A stretch of DNA of 34,745 nt from a virus. Taxonomy: Duplodnaviria; Caudoviricetes. Within the stretch, counting starts at the first letter, position 1; every line of letters begins with the position of its first letter. The position numbers and the translations under genes were made by a program. The notes beneath the pieces are model-generated. The model saw only the letters and a list, made by a program, of their open reading frames with translations. It was not told the DNA's origin and did not search any database. Of this stretch, positions 7,569 to 17,356 are shown one piece after another. The stretch is taken from the IMG/VR virus record IMGVR_UViG_3300017747_000930, positions 1 to 34,745 of that record; one strand, given 5' to 3'.

Positions 7569-9653
7569 TTACGCAACATTAGGAAATGTTGATGCGGTGT
7601 TTTGATATTGCGCTACGTTTTGGTTTTGACCCAAAATAGCCTGAAGAATTTGGTTCTGCTGATAGTTCTGCAAACCACCTGAAGCAGCATTAGCTACGCC
7701 TTGCAATCCCGCTGCTTGCGCCGCTGCTGACCCAACGCCCAATTGACCCGCTGCTGTAGTAGCCGCTTGACCTGCATTTGCGGCTGTATTGGTAGCGTTC
7801 TGACCAATTCCAGCTATACCCGCCAAGGTATTGTAAATTCCTGTGCGTTGATTCTGGAAGTTTTGGAATGCATTTTGATAAGCGTTGCCGGCATAATTTT
7901 GCGTGTAATCTTGCAAAGCTCGTAAAGCATTCCCGCCCATAGCACCACCAGACAGGTTTGCTTGACGTTGCGTTTGTTGCTGGCCTTGACCAAGCATGAA
8001 CTGATAGTTAGGCGCAAGACCGGCTTGCAAATCCTGCGGCGTAAATTGGCGAGTTAAATAATCATTGCCAGTTTGTACGCCTACCGGATTTCCTAGCTCG
8101 TCATAAGCCATAGATTGACCTGGCAACATTGACCTGATCTGATTTAATGCTTGATACCCAGCACCACGTTGCGGAATTAATTGCTTGTTGATGGTATTAA
8201 ACATCGACATTTGATTTTCGGCAGCTTGTTTAGCGGCATCAGCTTGACCACTTGCGCCAAGATAAGAAGCTAAAGCACCTGCACCAGAACCAAGCAAATT
8301 GTATAAACCATTATTTGCCAAAGCATTGGCTATCGCATTTCCAGCAGCAGCCCCGCCAGCACCCATGCCAATACCATTCGCAAGTGCGCCCCCCGCGCCA
8401 ACAACATCACCTGTAGTTTTTAACGCTGCGACTTGTTGCGGGGTCATTGTAGAAGTTAATGCGCCTACCTGATTTAAAGGTAAGCCGGCAGCAGTACCAC
8501 CGCCCAATAAACCCGCTGTGCCTAATCCTGAAGCTATTCCGGCAGTTGTTCCAAGAGTTGCGCCAGTACCACCAAGCATAGTGCCAGCCATTGTGCCGGT
8601 TCCTAAACCTGCTCCCGCGCCTAAACCTAAAGTTGAACCAGCACCCGCCCCCGCACCCATAGCCCCAATTTGACCAGCTTCTAATGCCGCAGTAGTTCCA
8701 CCTGCAAGACCTTGCAAATAAGGCGCACCAAAAGCAAGCCCAGCCATACCTAAAAATGGCCCAAATTCTTCCATAAAGCTAGGCGCATTTGCGTACCTTA
8801 CCGCATCAAAATATTTAACTTCTGGCTGACCGGTTTCTGGATTGTTTTGCGGTACAAGATTCCCGCTGCCATCCGCTTTATATAAAACGGTTGCATGAGG
8901 CGCAGAATCGCCACGCGCAGCACCACTAAGCGCATTGGTTACTGAATAAAGGTCTTTGCCTTTTGCTTGCAAAGCGTCATAAAGCTTGGTTTTGTTTAAT
9001 ACATTTTGTGAGCCACCTATGCCTATAGTTTGTTTACTGTAATAAGCCGATGGGTCAATACCAGCAGCTTTAGCAGCATTAACAAAGTCTTGGTCAGTAG
9101 CAACCTTGCCTGTTACTGATTTATAACCAGTACCGCCCATGCCTTCAGGGGCTGAAATAATGCCGTAAACACCCGCACCGTTTAATACTCTGACCGCATC
9201 AGATTTTTGACCCCAACCTGCGTTATAAATTTGGTCACGAATATCAGAATTGAAAGAAGTTAATTCGTTGGTGCGTCTATTCTTAAACTGATCGTCAATA
9301 ATAGATTGTTTAAGCGTAGGCAATTGGCTGCCGGCAGTCGCAGCCGGTGCTACTTGTGCAACAGGCGTAGATTGGGCTGGCTGCGCAGCAGGTTGTGGTG
9401 CTGGTTGTGGAGCAACTTGCGCTATTGGAGTTGGCGCAGGGGCTGGACGCAATGCGGATTCAGCCGAATTAAATGAGCCGGTTAAATCTCTAAAATTAAT
9501 TCCTAAAGCATCACCCGCACCACTACCGTCGTTATAAACGGTGTATGTTTTCCCATCGGAAAACTTAACGTCCATAGGTGCGCCTTGGTTCGACACGCGA
9601 ACCTTAGCAACAGCGTTGATTAGGTCTTGTTTAAGCTGCGCAGCAGTAGCCAT
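7569..9653 (-). CDS. Ejection/pilot protein, P22 gp7-like C-terminal half
   Basis: Gly/Ala-rich hydrophobic stretch then PNYQFMLGQG...ALQDYTQNYA...LAGIAGIGQNA; synteny. Confidence 0.7.
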   Translation of the reverse strand: MATAAQLKQDLINAVAKVRVSNQGAPMDVKFSDGKTYTVYNDGSGAGDALGINFRDLTGSFNSAESALRPAPAPTPIAQVAPQPAPQPAAQPAQSTPVAQVAPAATAGSQLPTLKQSIIDDQFKNRRTNELTSFNSDIRDQIYNAGWGQKSDAVRVLNGAGVYGIISAPEGMGGTGYKSVTGKVATDQDFVNAAKAAGIDPSAYYSKQTIGIGGSQNVLNKTKLYDALQAKGKDLYSVTNALSGAARGDSAPHATVLYKADGSGNLVPQNNPETGQPEVKYFDAVRYANAPSFMEEFGPFLGMAGLAFGAPYLQGLAGGTTAALEAGQIGAMGAGAGAGSTLGLGAGAGLGTGTMAGTMLGGTGATLGTTAGIASGLGTAGLLGGGTAAGLPLNQVGALTSTMTPQQVAALKTTGDVVGAGGALANGIGMGAGGAAAGNAIANALANNGLYNLLGSGAGALASYLGASGQADAAKQAAENQMSMFNTINKQLIPQRGAGYQALNQIRSMLPGQSMAYDELGNPVGVQTGNDYLTRQFTPQDLQAGLAPNYQFMLGQGQQQTQRQANLSGGAMGGNALRALQDYTQNYAGNAYQNAFQNFQNQRTGIYNTLAGIAGIGQNATNTAANAGQAATTAAGQLGVGSAAAQAAGLQGVANAASGGLQNYQQNQILQAILGQNQNVAQYQNTASTFPNVA

Positions 9654-9670
9654 TTAATTCCCCAATGATT

Positions 9671-9904
9671 TCAAGGATTGTAATACGGAACCTTGTACGG
9701 TTTGCCGCCTACGGTAATATTTATAAAGCCAACAGGCGCAGTTGGTAAGGCCGCAGTTCCAGCACTTGCCGTAGGTGCGCTAGAGTAATTTAGCAAGTTC
9801 AAAAAGAACTGTTGCCAAGCCCTTGTCGGTCGGTTTGTCGTTTGGTCTAGGAACTCAGTCTGTGGGTACGGCTGAATTGTTGACGTATTTTGCGTAATGC
9901 TCAT
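9671..9904 (-). CDS. Small virion protein (77 aa)
   Basis: ATG at 9904 overlaps the upstream TAA; TRAWQQFF and KVPYY motifs. Confidence 0.7.
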   Translation of the reverse strand: MSITQNTSTIQPYPQTEFLDQTTNRPTRAWQQFFLNLLNYSSAPTASAGTAALPTAPVGFINITVGGKPYKVPYYNP

Positions 9905-12282
9905 TAGTTGTCCCCAGCCGAAGATTTCAGGTTTGCAGACACAATTACCGCCCAAACAGGGTCAGTTACCGCAACCTCAAAAATACGGTCACGCGCTGTA
10001 CCCAAACGCCGCCAAATAGCTCGATTAGTGTAGCGACCAACAGAACCAATACTTACCCAATATTCTTTTGACCACGTTGAACCACCGTCATTTGACCAGC
10101 GCAACATTGCCTGTGGGTTGTTGGTTGTAGTTCCTGTCAATGTTGTTGACGTTCCAATAACGTAAATGCCATCCACCGGAATAGTTAATTCTTGCGTAGA
10201 TGCAATTGTATAGCTGTCGCCTAGATAAACTGCGCCAGGGATTAACGAACCGTTGGTTGTGGATAAACCTGTAAAGCCAACGCCAGGCTGAAATTGTATT
10301 TGTAGTTCGTCAAAATATTCACGTTGGAAATCAGCAACCAAGTGCGGCGCACGACGCATTCTGCGAATAGTCTGACCGTCATCCGTATAGTTTTCCGAAT
10401 CTAATTCGTAAATCTTGCCGTTTTCATAGTCGCCAACCAAAACCATGCCCTGAAACACAGTTGCGCATTGCCCTCGATGCCTTGCATAAGTGCCTTCAGC
10501 AGTTAAATGCAGCATCTTGTGCCACATTTGCGAAGCCATGTCATAGCACCAAGTAAGGTTTATCGTTGGGAACGTCACGACGTAGCATTCGTGACCTTCT
10601 AACTGGTAAGTCCAAGCTATTGCATCGTCAATGTACTGATTGACCAACGATTGTTCTACAGCATGAGTTGATATGCGGGTTGGCTTGTAGCCATCCATTT
10701 GCATAATCTGACCCTGACCACGACTGTTGCGACTTACATAAGCAAACGAATTGCCTAGCCTTGAAAGCGAAAACTTAGCCGCACAACCATGCTGCGTAGA
10801 AGTGCCTGGGATTCTTTGGAAAGGAAATGGCGTAGTTCCAACGTCAACCCATACTTCGCTAGAAGCTTCGCCCAACAAATATATTTCGCGGTGGTCAATA
10901 ATTAAAGCGACAAGATCATCCGGCGCACCGTCTTTGCTACCAAAGCTTAAACCGTTAGAAATTGGGGACAAAAGGTCAGAAGCACCAAATTGCTGCGTGT
11001 TTGGGTTGTTGTAAACAAAATAGTTGTCGTAAGTTCCAACCGTATTGCCGCCGCTAAATGCTCCGTCCGTAGAAGGCAAAACCGTCCAATTCAGCGCATA
11101 CATGGTTTCCGAACCAACTGCTTGCGTAAAATTTACGTCATACGTTCCAGTTCCACCGGTTCCGCTACCAAACGCAGTAATGATAGTGTTAGGCGTAATA
11201 CCCGCGCCTTGGATAGTTTGGCCTAAATATAACGTGCCAGTAATAGCAGTTACAGCAAGCGAATTAGCGACCAACACAGCCGTTCCCGCTGCGCCCGAAC
11301 CCGAACCACCAAGGCTGTCAGCAAACGTGACTGTAGGGGCTGTAGTGTAGCCAGAACCCCTGTTTGTGATGGTTACTTCCGTAATCTTGCCGCTGATCTG
11401 CGTTGGCACTCCAGTAGCCACAACGCCAGCATACGTTAGCGTTGTCGAACCGTTAGCAGCCGAACCGCTTGTGTGCGTTGGGGCTGTTGAGCCTGTCGTA
11501 CCAGCACCGGTTACGGTATAAAGATTTGCACCGTAATAAATTTGATCGTTTAGCGCAAGCGCAGTCGTTGCAATCCATAACGTGCCAAAGCTGACTATTG
11601 GGTTTAAATAGCTACTGCCTTGGTTGGTAATGGTTACGGAATTAACGCCGCTAGAAATAGAACCTGTCAGGGTTGCAGCTACCGCAGCCGTATTCATATC
11701 ACGCGCTGTCAGCGTTTGCGACAAGTTGACCGTATAAGTGCCAGTACCGCCCGAACCAGAACCAAGCGCAGTAATAACTGTTTCGCTAGTAACGCCAACA
11801 CCAAAAAGAACCTGACCAACGCCAATTGTGCCGCTAGACACGTTTGTAACGGTTAGGGTTGTGCCAGATATAGAACCGACAAAAATCGCTGTGTTAGGCG
11901 TAGAAATGCGCCATGTATAGCGGTAAGCACCGTCAACAATATAGACGTTCTGACCGTTGTCAGTAATGCCAACAATACCTGTGGAAGTGTTTAGCTGACC
12001 AATAATGCTAGGCGTTAGGTTACTGGTAAGAATGTAAACAGACGCACCGCAGACAGCAATCATGTACTCGCCACCGGACAACGTGCGAACGCCACGAACT
12101 TCGCCCAAAGCACTTAAAACGGCTTTGGTGGTTAAGCCTGGCGTTGGATACAGCGCAACTACGCCCCTTTGCCCCGCTTGCTTTAGTGGGTCAATCTCAG
12201 GTCGCCAATTAATACATTCCTGCGCATCTTGATAGATCGAAGGTGCTTCATAAGAAGGGCCAACAAAACCGAAATCAGGCAT
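9904..12282 (-). CDS. Tail hub / DNA stabilisation protein (P22 gp10-like) with inserted beta-rich modules
   Basis: LYPTPGL, ISTHAVEQ, TWCYDMASQMWH, MLRWSNDGGSTW, WRRLGTARDRIFEV motifs; synteny. Confidence 0.88.
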   Translation of the reverse strand: MPDFGFVGPSYEAPSIYQDAQECINWRPEIDPLKQAGQRGVVALYPTPGLTTKAVLSALGEVRGVRTLSGGEYMIAVCGASVYILTSNLTPSIIGQLNTSTGIVGITDNGQNVYIVDGAYRYTWRISTPNTAIFVGSISGTTLTVTNVSSGTIGVGQVLFGVGVTSETVITALGSGSGGTGTYTVNLSQTLTARDMNTAAVAATLTGSISSGVNSVTITNQGSSYLNPIVSFGTLWIATTALALNDQIYYGANLYTVTGAGTTGSTAPTHTSGSAANGSTTLTYAGVVATGVPTQISGKITEVTITNRGSGYTTAPTVTFADSLGGSGSGAAGTAVLVANSLAVTAITGTLYLGQTIQGAGITPNTIITAFGSGTGGTGTYDVNFTQAVGSETMYALNWTVLPSTDGAFSGGNTVGTYDNYFVYNNPNTQQFGASDLLSPISNGLSFGSKDGAPDDLVALIIDHREIYLLGEASSEVWVDVGTTPFPFQRIPGTSTQHGCAAKFSLSRLGNSFAYVSRNSRGQGQIMQMDGYKPTRISTHAVEQSLVNQYIDDAIAWTYQLEGHECYVVTFPTINLTWCYDMASQMWHKMLHLTAEGTYARHRGQCATVFQGMVLVGDYENGKIYELDSENYTDDGQTIRRMRRAPHLVADFQREYFDELQIQFQPGVGFTGLSTTNGSLIPGAVYLGDSYTIASTQELTIPVDGIYVIGTSTTLTGTTTNNPQAMLRWSNDGGSTWSKEYWVSIGSVGRYTNRAIWRRLGTARDRIFEVAVTDPVWAVIVSANLKSSAGDN

Positions 12283-12291
12283 GGCTTACCC

Positions 12292-13275
12292 TTAATTAAA
12301 AAAGCCGCCAGTAAGAATCCAACCAGCATCCTTTTGCTTGCTTACCATCAACGAACTTGGGTAATTAGCAGTCTGCAATGGCGACATATTTGTTCGTTTG
12401 AGCGTTGATTTAGCCTGTGCCGCAAACTGCGTAATCATCGCAATCTGTGTTTGTGAGTTCTTGCCATACATAGGCATTAGTCGTTCAGCCAAGCACCAAC
12501 GCAAAGCCATTGTGTAGCCTTGCGGCAATACGAAATTGTCTTGCAGCGTAGCAAAGCGACTGAAAATAGTATTGGCAAACATGTGTAGTTCGCCCTGACT
12601 TGGATTAGGCCAAACAAACAAGTTGCCTGATTCCTCGTTTGGGTTAAAGTAAAGTGCTTTTGGCCAAGGGCCGTTTAGCGTTTTCAAACCAATTTGTTCG
12701 TACTGCTGAAGCGCAAGAATAGCTACTGGATAATCCAAACCGCCGCCCTGTATAGGCTGACCGTTTGACGTTGTGTTAATCCGCACAAACGCAGAATCAA
12801 TATACAAAGGCTTTTGGTAGTAAGCCGTTAGCGTTGTGGAAGCTACAGTTTGCGGAATGCTGACGCGATACGTTCCTTGCTCATTTACGTTGCCGCCAGC
12901 ACCAGTAATGTTGTTGATAATCTTTGTGCCGGCAGTAACGCCTGTGCCGGACAAGGTTTGACCCTGCGCAACAGCACCCGACAAAATGCCGCTGACCGTC
13001 AAAATATCGTTGTTTATAGACCCTGTAAATTGCGCACCAACAAAGTTTTGTGTGCTTGGGTTAGGGCCTAATGTATATTGAACTTGTCCAGAAATCAGCG
13101 TGAATATGATCTCTGTAACATTAAACACCATCATGTTTTCGTTTGACCATTGATCTACTAGGTCGTTCAGCATGAATAAAGCATCCGCAGACGCTTCCGG
13201 TGTTGGTGTTTCGCCAGCTTCTAATGCGCCAATATCCTTCAAAGCTGCGCTAATGATCTCAATTGGCTTTGTCAT
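12292..13275 (-). CDS. Head-to-tail adaptor (P22 gp4-like) with inserted domain
   Basis: [18 protein letters not shown]...[14 protein letters not shown]-terminus and [23 protein letters not shown]-terminus; precedes the gp10-like gene. Confidence 0.8.
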   Translation of the reverse strand: MTKPIEIISAALKDIGALEAGETPTPEASADALFMLNDLVDQWSNENMMVFNVTEIIFTLISGQVQYTLGPNPSTQNFVGAQFTGSINNDILTVSGILSGAVAQGQTLSGTGVTAGTKIINNITGAGGNVNEQGTYRVSIPQTVASTTLTAYYQKPLYIDSAFVRINTTSNGQPIQGGGLDYPVAILALQQYEQIGLKTLNGPWPKALYFNPNEESGNLFVWPNPSQGELHMFANTIFSRFATLQDNFVLPQGYTMALRWCLAERLMPMYGKNSQTQIAMITQFAAQAKSTLKRTNMSPLQTANYPSSLMVSKQKDAGWILTGGFFN

Positions 13276-13278
13276 TAC

Positions 13279-13431
13279 TTATTCCTCTTTGGGTTGTTCT
13301 ACTAGCTGCGGCTGAACTTGCTGGTCAATTTTTATCAATAATCCTGCGACCGTCTTATAAGGCAATTCCCGCAAAGCTTCCGCAATAATCTGCATCTCTT
13401 GCAGACTAAATTGTAAATTAACTATTTTCAT
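13279..13431 (-). CDS. Small hypothetical protein (50 aa)
   Basis: Manual translation MKIVNLQFSLQEMQIIAEALRELPYKTVAGLLIKIDQQVQPQLVEQPKEE; ATGA coupling. Confidence 0.75.
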   Translation of the reverse strand: MKIVNLQFSLQEMQIIAEALRELPYKTVAGLLIKIDQQVQPQLVEQPKEE

Positions 13432-13718
13432 GTCGGTAGTTTAAAAGTTGCTGGCTTCCAAGGCAAATTTACAGACGTTATTTCTAATGCGTTCATTTGC
13501 TCTTGCAACCTTGGTTCAATAATAGGCATTGCAGCCTTGACCCAATTAATGACGTTTTCTTCTGTCAAAGATTCAATAGGAACGCCATCACTTGAATCAA
13601 AGTAACAATACCCTTCGGTTTCTACTTTCTTGCCGTTTAACTCTAATTCAGCGTGATATTTGACGTTTTTAATTACGCCATCAACCGCTTGCATATCGGT
13701 AATCGTCCAATTAAACAT
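13428..13718 (-). CDS. Fibre-associated protein, possible assembly chaperone
   Basis: WTITDM...LTEENVINWVK...LPW; lies downstream of fibre genes. Confidence 0.6.
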   Translation of the reverse strand: MFNWTITDMQAVDGVIKNVKYHAELELNGKKVETEGYCYFDSSDGVPIESLTEENVINWVKAAMPIIEPRLQEQMNALEITSVNLPWKPATFKLPT

Positions 13719-14065
13719 TACAAAGCCCCAATATCTTGGCTAGTCAACGCAACAATTTGGGTTGAGTCAAAGCTTTGTACTTGCTGCGAATCAATACTCT
13801 GGATTTGCACAGAATCAATAATTTGAATTTGTTCTGGCACTATTTCTTGAATTTGCTCTGTCTGCAAAATATGTTCAACCCATTGTTCAGTAGATTGCGA
13901 CCATGACCAATTACCCTGTGGTTTTGGGTCACGAATAACCCAGCCTGGTGGATACCACCAAACCACCTCTTTACCCGCAGGGCATTCAGGTTGGTCAGGG
14001 ACTTCAATCCATCCTTCTGTACCGTCAGTTTCAGGCTTTGGAATAGAACCGTTTTTAGAAAACAT
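13718..14065 (-). CDS. Trp/Pro-rich fibre-associated protein with octapeptide-repeat tail
   Basis: ORF coupled to neighbours; C-terminal xxQIQxID repeats. Confidence 0.65.
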   Translation of the reverse strand: MFSKNGSIPKPETDGTEGWIEVPDQPECPAGKEVVWWYPPGWVIRDPKPQGNWSWSQSTEQWVEHILQTEQIQEIVPEQIQIIDSVQIQSIDSQQVQSFDSTQIVALTSQDIGAL

Positions 14066-14072
14066 TTGTCAC

Positions 14073-16745
14073 CTATTGAATCGGGAATGCTGCGGCAGGA
14101 GGCGTAAAAGTTGCTGTATAACGCGCAAAACCTTTTGTTACACGAAAATCGTCAATATAACCATTGTAATTTGCGGCATTATCAAAACCAGCCGCAATAG
14201 TTATACGACCTGGGCAAGTCATAGCACCTGTATAAGTAGCAGTTCCGCTTTGAACACCGTTAATGTAAATTGCCAAAGTACCTGAAGCTCTTACAAACGC
14301 CACATGCGACCAAACATTAGCAGCTATGGTAGAAGTACTAGTAATTCTATCCGCAGCACTTGAATATATTTTTAATGTGCCGCCGTTTATATAAGGCGTA
14401 TAACCAGAGTCAGAACCAGAACTCCGTGTGTCCATGATAACTCTGTCTGAAGCAGGTATAGAATCTGGATTAATCCACATTTCTATGGTGAAATCCCCTG
14501 TACCAAACGATAAAAGATCAGTAGACCTTCCAATTAAATAATCACCACTTCCGTCAAAGTACATTGACGTTGTTCCCCACTTCGCCTGTGTCGTGCTTAC
14601 CTGTGCATTGCCAACAGTCTCTAAATCATTCTTTGCAGCAGAGTCGTATATGCCAGCGTTGGTTCCCAACAAAAGCAATTGAGTGTTAGTTATTGCGGTT
14701 GGTGGTGTTAATGGTGGCGCAAATCCTGTTTGTGTTGGGTCGTAAGGAGTAGAGCCTACAACTAATCGAACATTAGAAATGTAACCAGTAAAATTTCGTG
14801 GTTCAGAAGCATTCGTAAAACCAATAGAGGATGACGAAGCAAAAGTGTTACTTAATGTTTGCGTTGCACTTCTTACGCCATTTAAAAATATAGCGCATAA
14901 ATTTGATGCACCCCTAACTACAGCAACGTGATACCAAGTATTTACATACATTGTTGGCACAGTAAAGTTATATGCCGCAACGCCATAAGCATCGATTGAA
15001 ATAGTTGTTGAAGAATTTATCCTTACTCCAAGAGCCGCAGTTGCTATCGTGTTGGCGATACCTAATAAAGTTGGAGTTGTTGACGTAAAATCACCGGTAT
15101 TATAAAACCAGCATTCAAAACAAAATTGATTTGTTCCGATGGAACTTCCAGACCAAGCTAAATAATCTCCACTACCATCATAATAACCACTACCGCCTAC
15201 TAGTGCGGCATCATAAGCAGCATCTTCAGTTTCTACAGTAGGCGCAAATGGAGTAGGCGAAGAAACTGGTTGAGCGTTACCGTATGAGGTAATCGTAGCT
15301 GCATTTGTGCTGTTATCTACAAACGTGCTTGATTGGCACGAAAGAAACTGTGTATTTGCTACCGCAGTTAAAGGCGAAGTCGGTGGCGTAAAGTTGGACG
15401 TATAAAGTGCCGAAGTAACTATTCTTAAGTTACTTATTACGCCGTTTATAGGCAATGGATTGCTTGCGTTAGAACCAACAAAAAGAGTAGAAGAACCAGA
15501 AATATTGTCTGAACTGGTTGAAGTTGTTCCTACTTGCGTTCCATTTACAAATAATCTTAAATCTGTACCCGAACGGCATACAGCGACATGATACATAGTG
15601 CCGACAACAGGACTCCATGTTTTTTCAAACGAAACATTTGAATTGCAAGAAAATTTAAGTGTTGTGTTGTCTTGTCTGTAAAGAAAAGCCCAGCCACCGC
15701 CACCGGTTCCAGCATCATAATTACTAGAAACAAACATTTGGGTAGAGGCAACAGTATTAAACTGAACCCAACATTCCATAGTGAACGAACCAGTACCCAA
15801 GTTCATCCAGCCAGCATTAGGAGCCGTTAAATAATCGCCGCTGCCATCAAACCAATTGCTGTAAGTTGTAGGCGTAATGTACGCAGGAGCAAATGGGCTA
15901 AAGGCTTGGACGGAAGGAGTGCCGTTAGCTGTTAGGGTAAAATTATTTGCGCTGTTATCAACAAAACGATTGCTTTGGCAAGTAAGTAGAGACACAGACC
16001 CCGATGGCACAGTTGCTGTCAATGGAACCGTACTAGGAGTAAAATTGCTTGTGTAAACAGCACCGCCTTTTGTTACTCTTGCATTAGAAACGTACCCTGT
16101 AAAATATGCATTTGTTCCATCAACATCAAAACCGCGCCCAATATATAAAGGGCCATTAGATAAATCTGTAGCAAGGCTCGAACTAATGGTAGCTGTTGCA
16201 TCTTGCGTACCATTAATATAAATTTTTAAAGAAGTTGTTGAATCTCTAACTACAGCAACGTGCGCCCAAGTATTGTTAGCAATTGTGCTTGTTGACGCTA
16301 TAACAGGGTCGCCACCACCACCCATGTAAACAAATATTTTATTGTCATATCCAGTATTATCGTATCGAATGCTTAACGCGCCAGGGTATCCTGACGAACT
16401 TATAATCCCTGGGTATGGAACTGTTTGGTTTGGAGCATTAAACCAAAATTCAACGCAAAAATTGCCAGTACCAAAATCAAAAGCCGCATTGTCTGAAATA
16501 GATAAATAATTTGACGCGCCACCAAAATAATTACTCCAACCGGTTTGGCTGAAAGGCGTAAATGTGCCTTGGGTAGTATTGCCGTTTCTTGTAATGCTAA
16601 AGTTGTTGCTTGAACTATCTAAAAACGTGTTGTTCTGCGCACCATTAGTCGCAGTTGTATTTAATAACAACGTGACAAGGTTGAAATAAGCGTCTTTAAC
16701 AGCCGCCGCCGCACCTAAAAATAGCGTTTGCAGAATTCCCGACAT
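14073..16745 (-). CDS. Receptor-binding/fibre protein with four LamG/ConA-like lectin domains
   Basis: Four units: S-x-Y/W-FDGSGDYL, FT.E.W, W.HVA.VR, I.ING, GYISN.R, FTPP; ATG 16745 coupled by TAATG. Confidence 0.85.
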   Translation of the reverse strand: MSGILQTLFLGAAAAVKDAYFNLVTLLLNTTATNGAQNNTFLDSSSNNFSITRNGNTTQGTFTPFSQTGWSNYFGGASNYLSISDNAAFDFGTGNFCVEFWFNAPNQTVPYPGIISSSGYPGALSIRYDNTGYDNKIFVYMGGGGDPVIASTSTIANNTWAHVAVVRDSTTSLKIYINGTQDATATISSSLATDLSNGPLYIGRGFDVDGTNAYFTGYVSNARVTKGGAVYTSNFTPSTVPLTATVPSGSVSLLTCQSNRFVDNSANNFTLTANGTPSVQAFSPFAPAYITPTTYSNWFDGSGDYLTAPNAGWMNLGTGSFTMECWVQFNTVASTQMFVSSNYDAGTGGGGWAFLYRQDNTTLKFSCNSNVSFEKTWSPVVGTMYHVAVCRSGTDLRLFVNGTQVGTTSTSSDNISGSSTLFVGSNASNPLPINGVISNLRIVTSALYTSNFTPPTSPLTAVANTQFLSCQSSTFVDNSTNAATITSYGNAQPVSSPTPFAPTVETEDAAYDAALVGGSGYYDGSGDYLAWSGSSIGTNQFCFECWFYNTGDFTSTTPTLLGIANTIATAALGVRINSSTTISIDAYGVAAYNFTVPTMYVNTWYHVAVVRGASNLCAIFLNGVRSATQTLSNTFASSSSIGFTNASEPRNFTGYISNVRLVVGSTPYDPTQTGFAPPLTPPTAITNTQLLLLGTNAGIYDSAAKNDLETVGNAQVSTTQAKWGTTSMYFDGSGDYLIGRSTDLLSFGTGDFTIEMWINPDSIPASDRVIMDTRSSGSDSGYTPYINGGTLKIYSSAADRITSTSTIAANVWSHVAFVRASGTLAIYINGVQSGTATYTGAMTCPGRITIAAGFDNAANYNGYIDDFRVTKGFARYTATFTPPAAAFPIQ

Positions 16746-17347
16746 TAGGTCACTCCATTGCCAGAAATTAACCAAGTAGTAGAAGTCATTTTTATTGCTG
16801 TCGCAATACCGTATTGAGCAAGCGATCTACTGCCGGTTGCGCCAGTTCCCGCCAAATACATTGTGTCACTTGTGATCGCAATCGTTACCACTTGGCTAGT
16901 CATGTTAATAAACGTAATAGCTGTGCCAAGCGCATAAGGTACGTTTGCATTGCTATCAATCGTAAATGTTCGTGCGTTTGCGTCTGTAGATGGATGGAAT
17001 ATAACCTTGCCAGAATCAGCCGCAACAGTTGTATAAGCAGCAGATTGGCTGTTAATAGGAATATTCCTAAAACCTACAGAGTTGGTTCCGTCAACCGTAC
17101 AACCTGACAAAGTTCCCGACGTTGGCGTTCCCAAAACAGGAGTTACAAGCGTTGGCGAAGTAGCCAAAACAACGCTGCCGCTGCCTGTAGTAGCTGCAAG
17201 CATAGTCGTTGTAACTGTGCCTGTGTCGCCAGTAGTAACCATGTTGCCGGCAACTGCTGGCACGTTAATACTATACGTTGATGCGGTATTCGGGCCAACA
17301 AGATTAACTTGACCGCCTAAAGCCGCTTGAAAGACTAATTGACCCAT
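16745..17347 (-). CDS. Fibre/spike protein
   Basis: TGSGSVVLATSPTLVTPVLGTPTSG fibre motif; C-terminal beta domain ending WLISGNGVT. Confidence 0.7.
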   Translation of the reverse strand: MGQLVFQAALGGQVNLVGPNTASTYSINVPAVAGNMVTTGDTGTVTTTMLAATTGSGSVVLATSPTLVTPVLGTPTSGTLSGCTVDGTNSVGFRNIPINSQSAAYTTVAADSGKVIFHPSTDANARTFTIDSNANVPYALGTAITFINMTSQVVTIAITSDTMYLAGTGATGSRSLAQYGIATAIKMTSTTWLISGNGVT

Positions 17348-17356
17348 GTCATTTCC

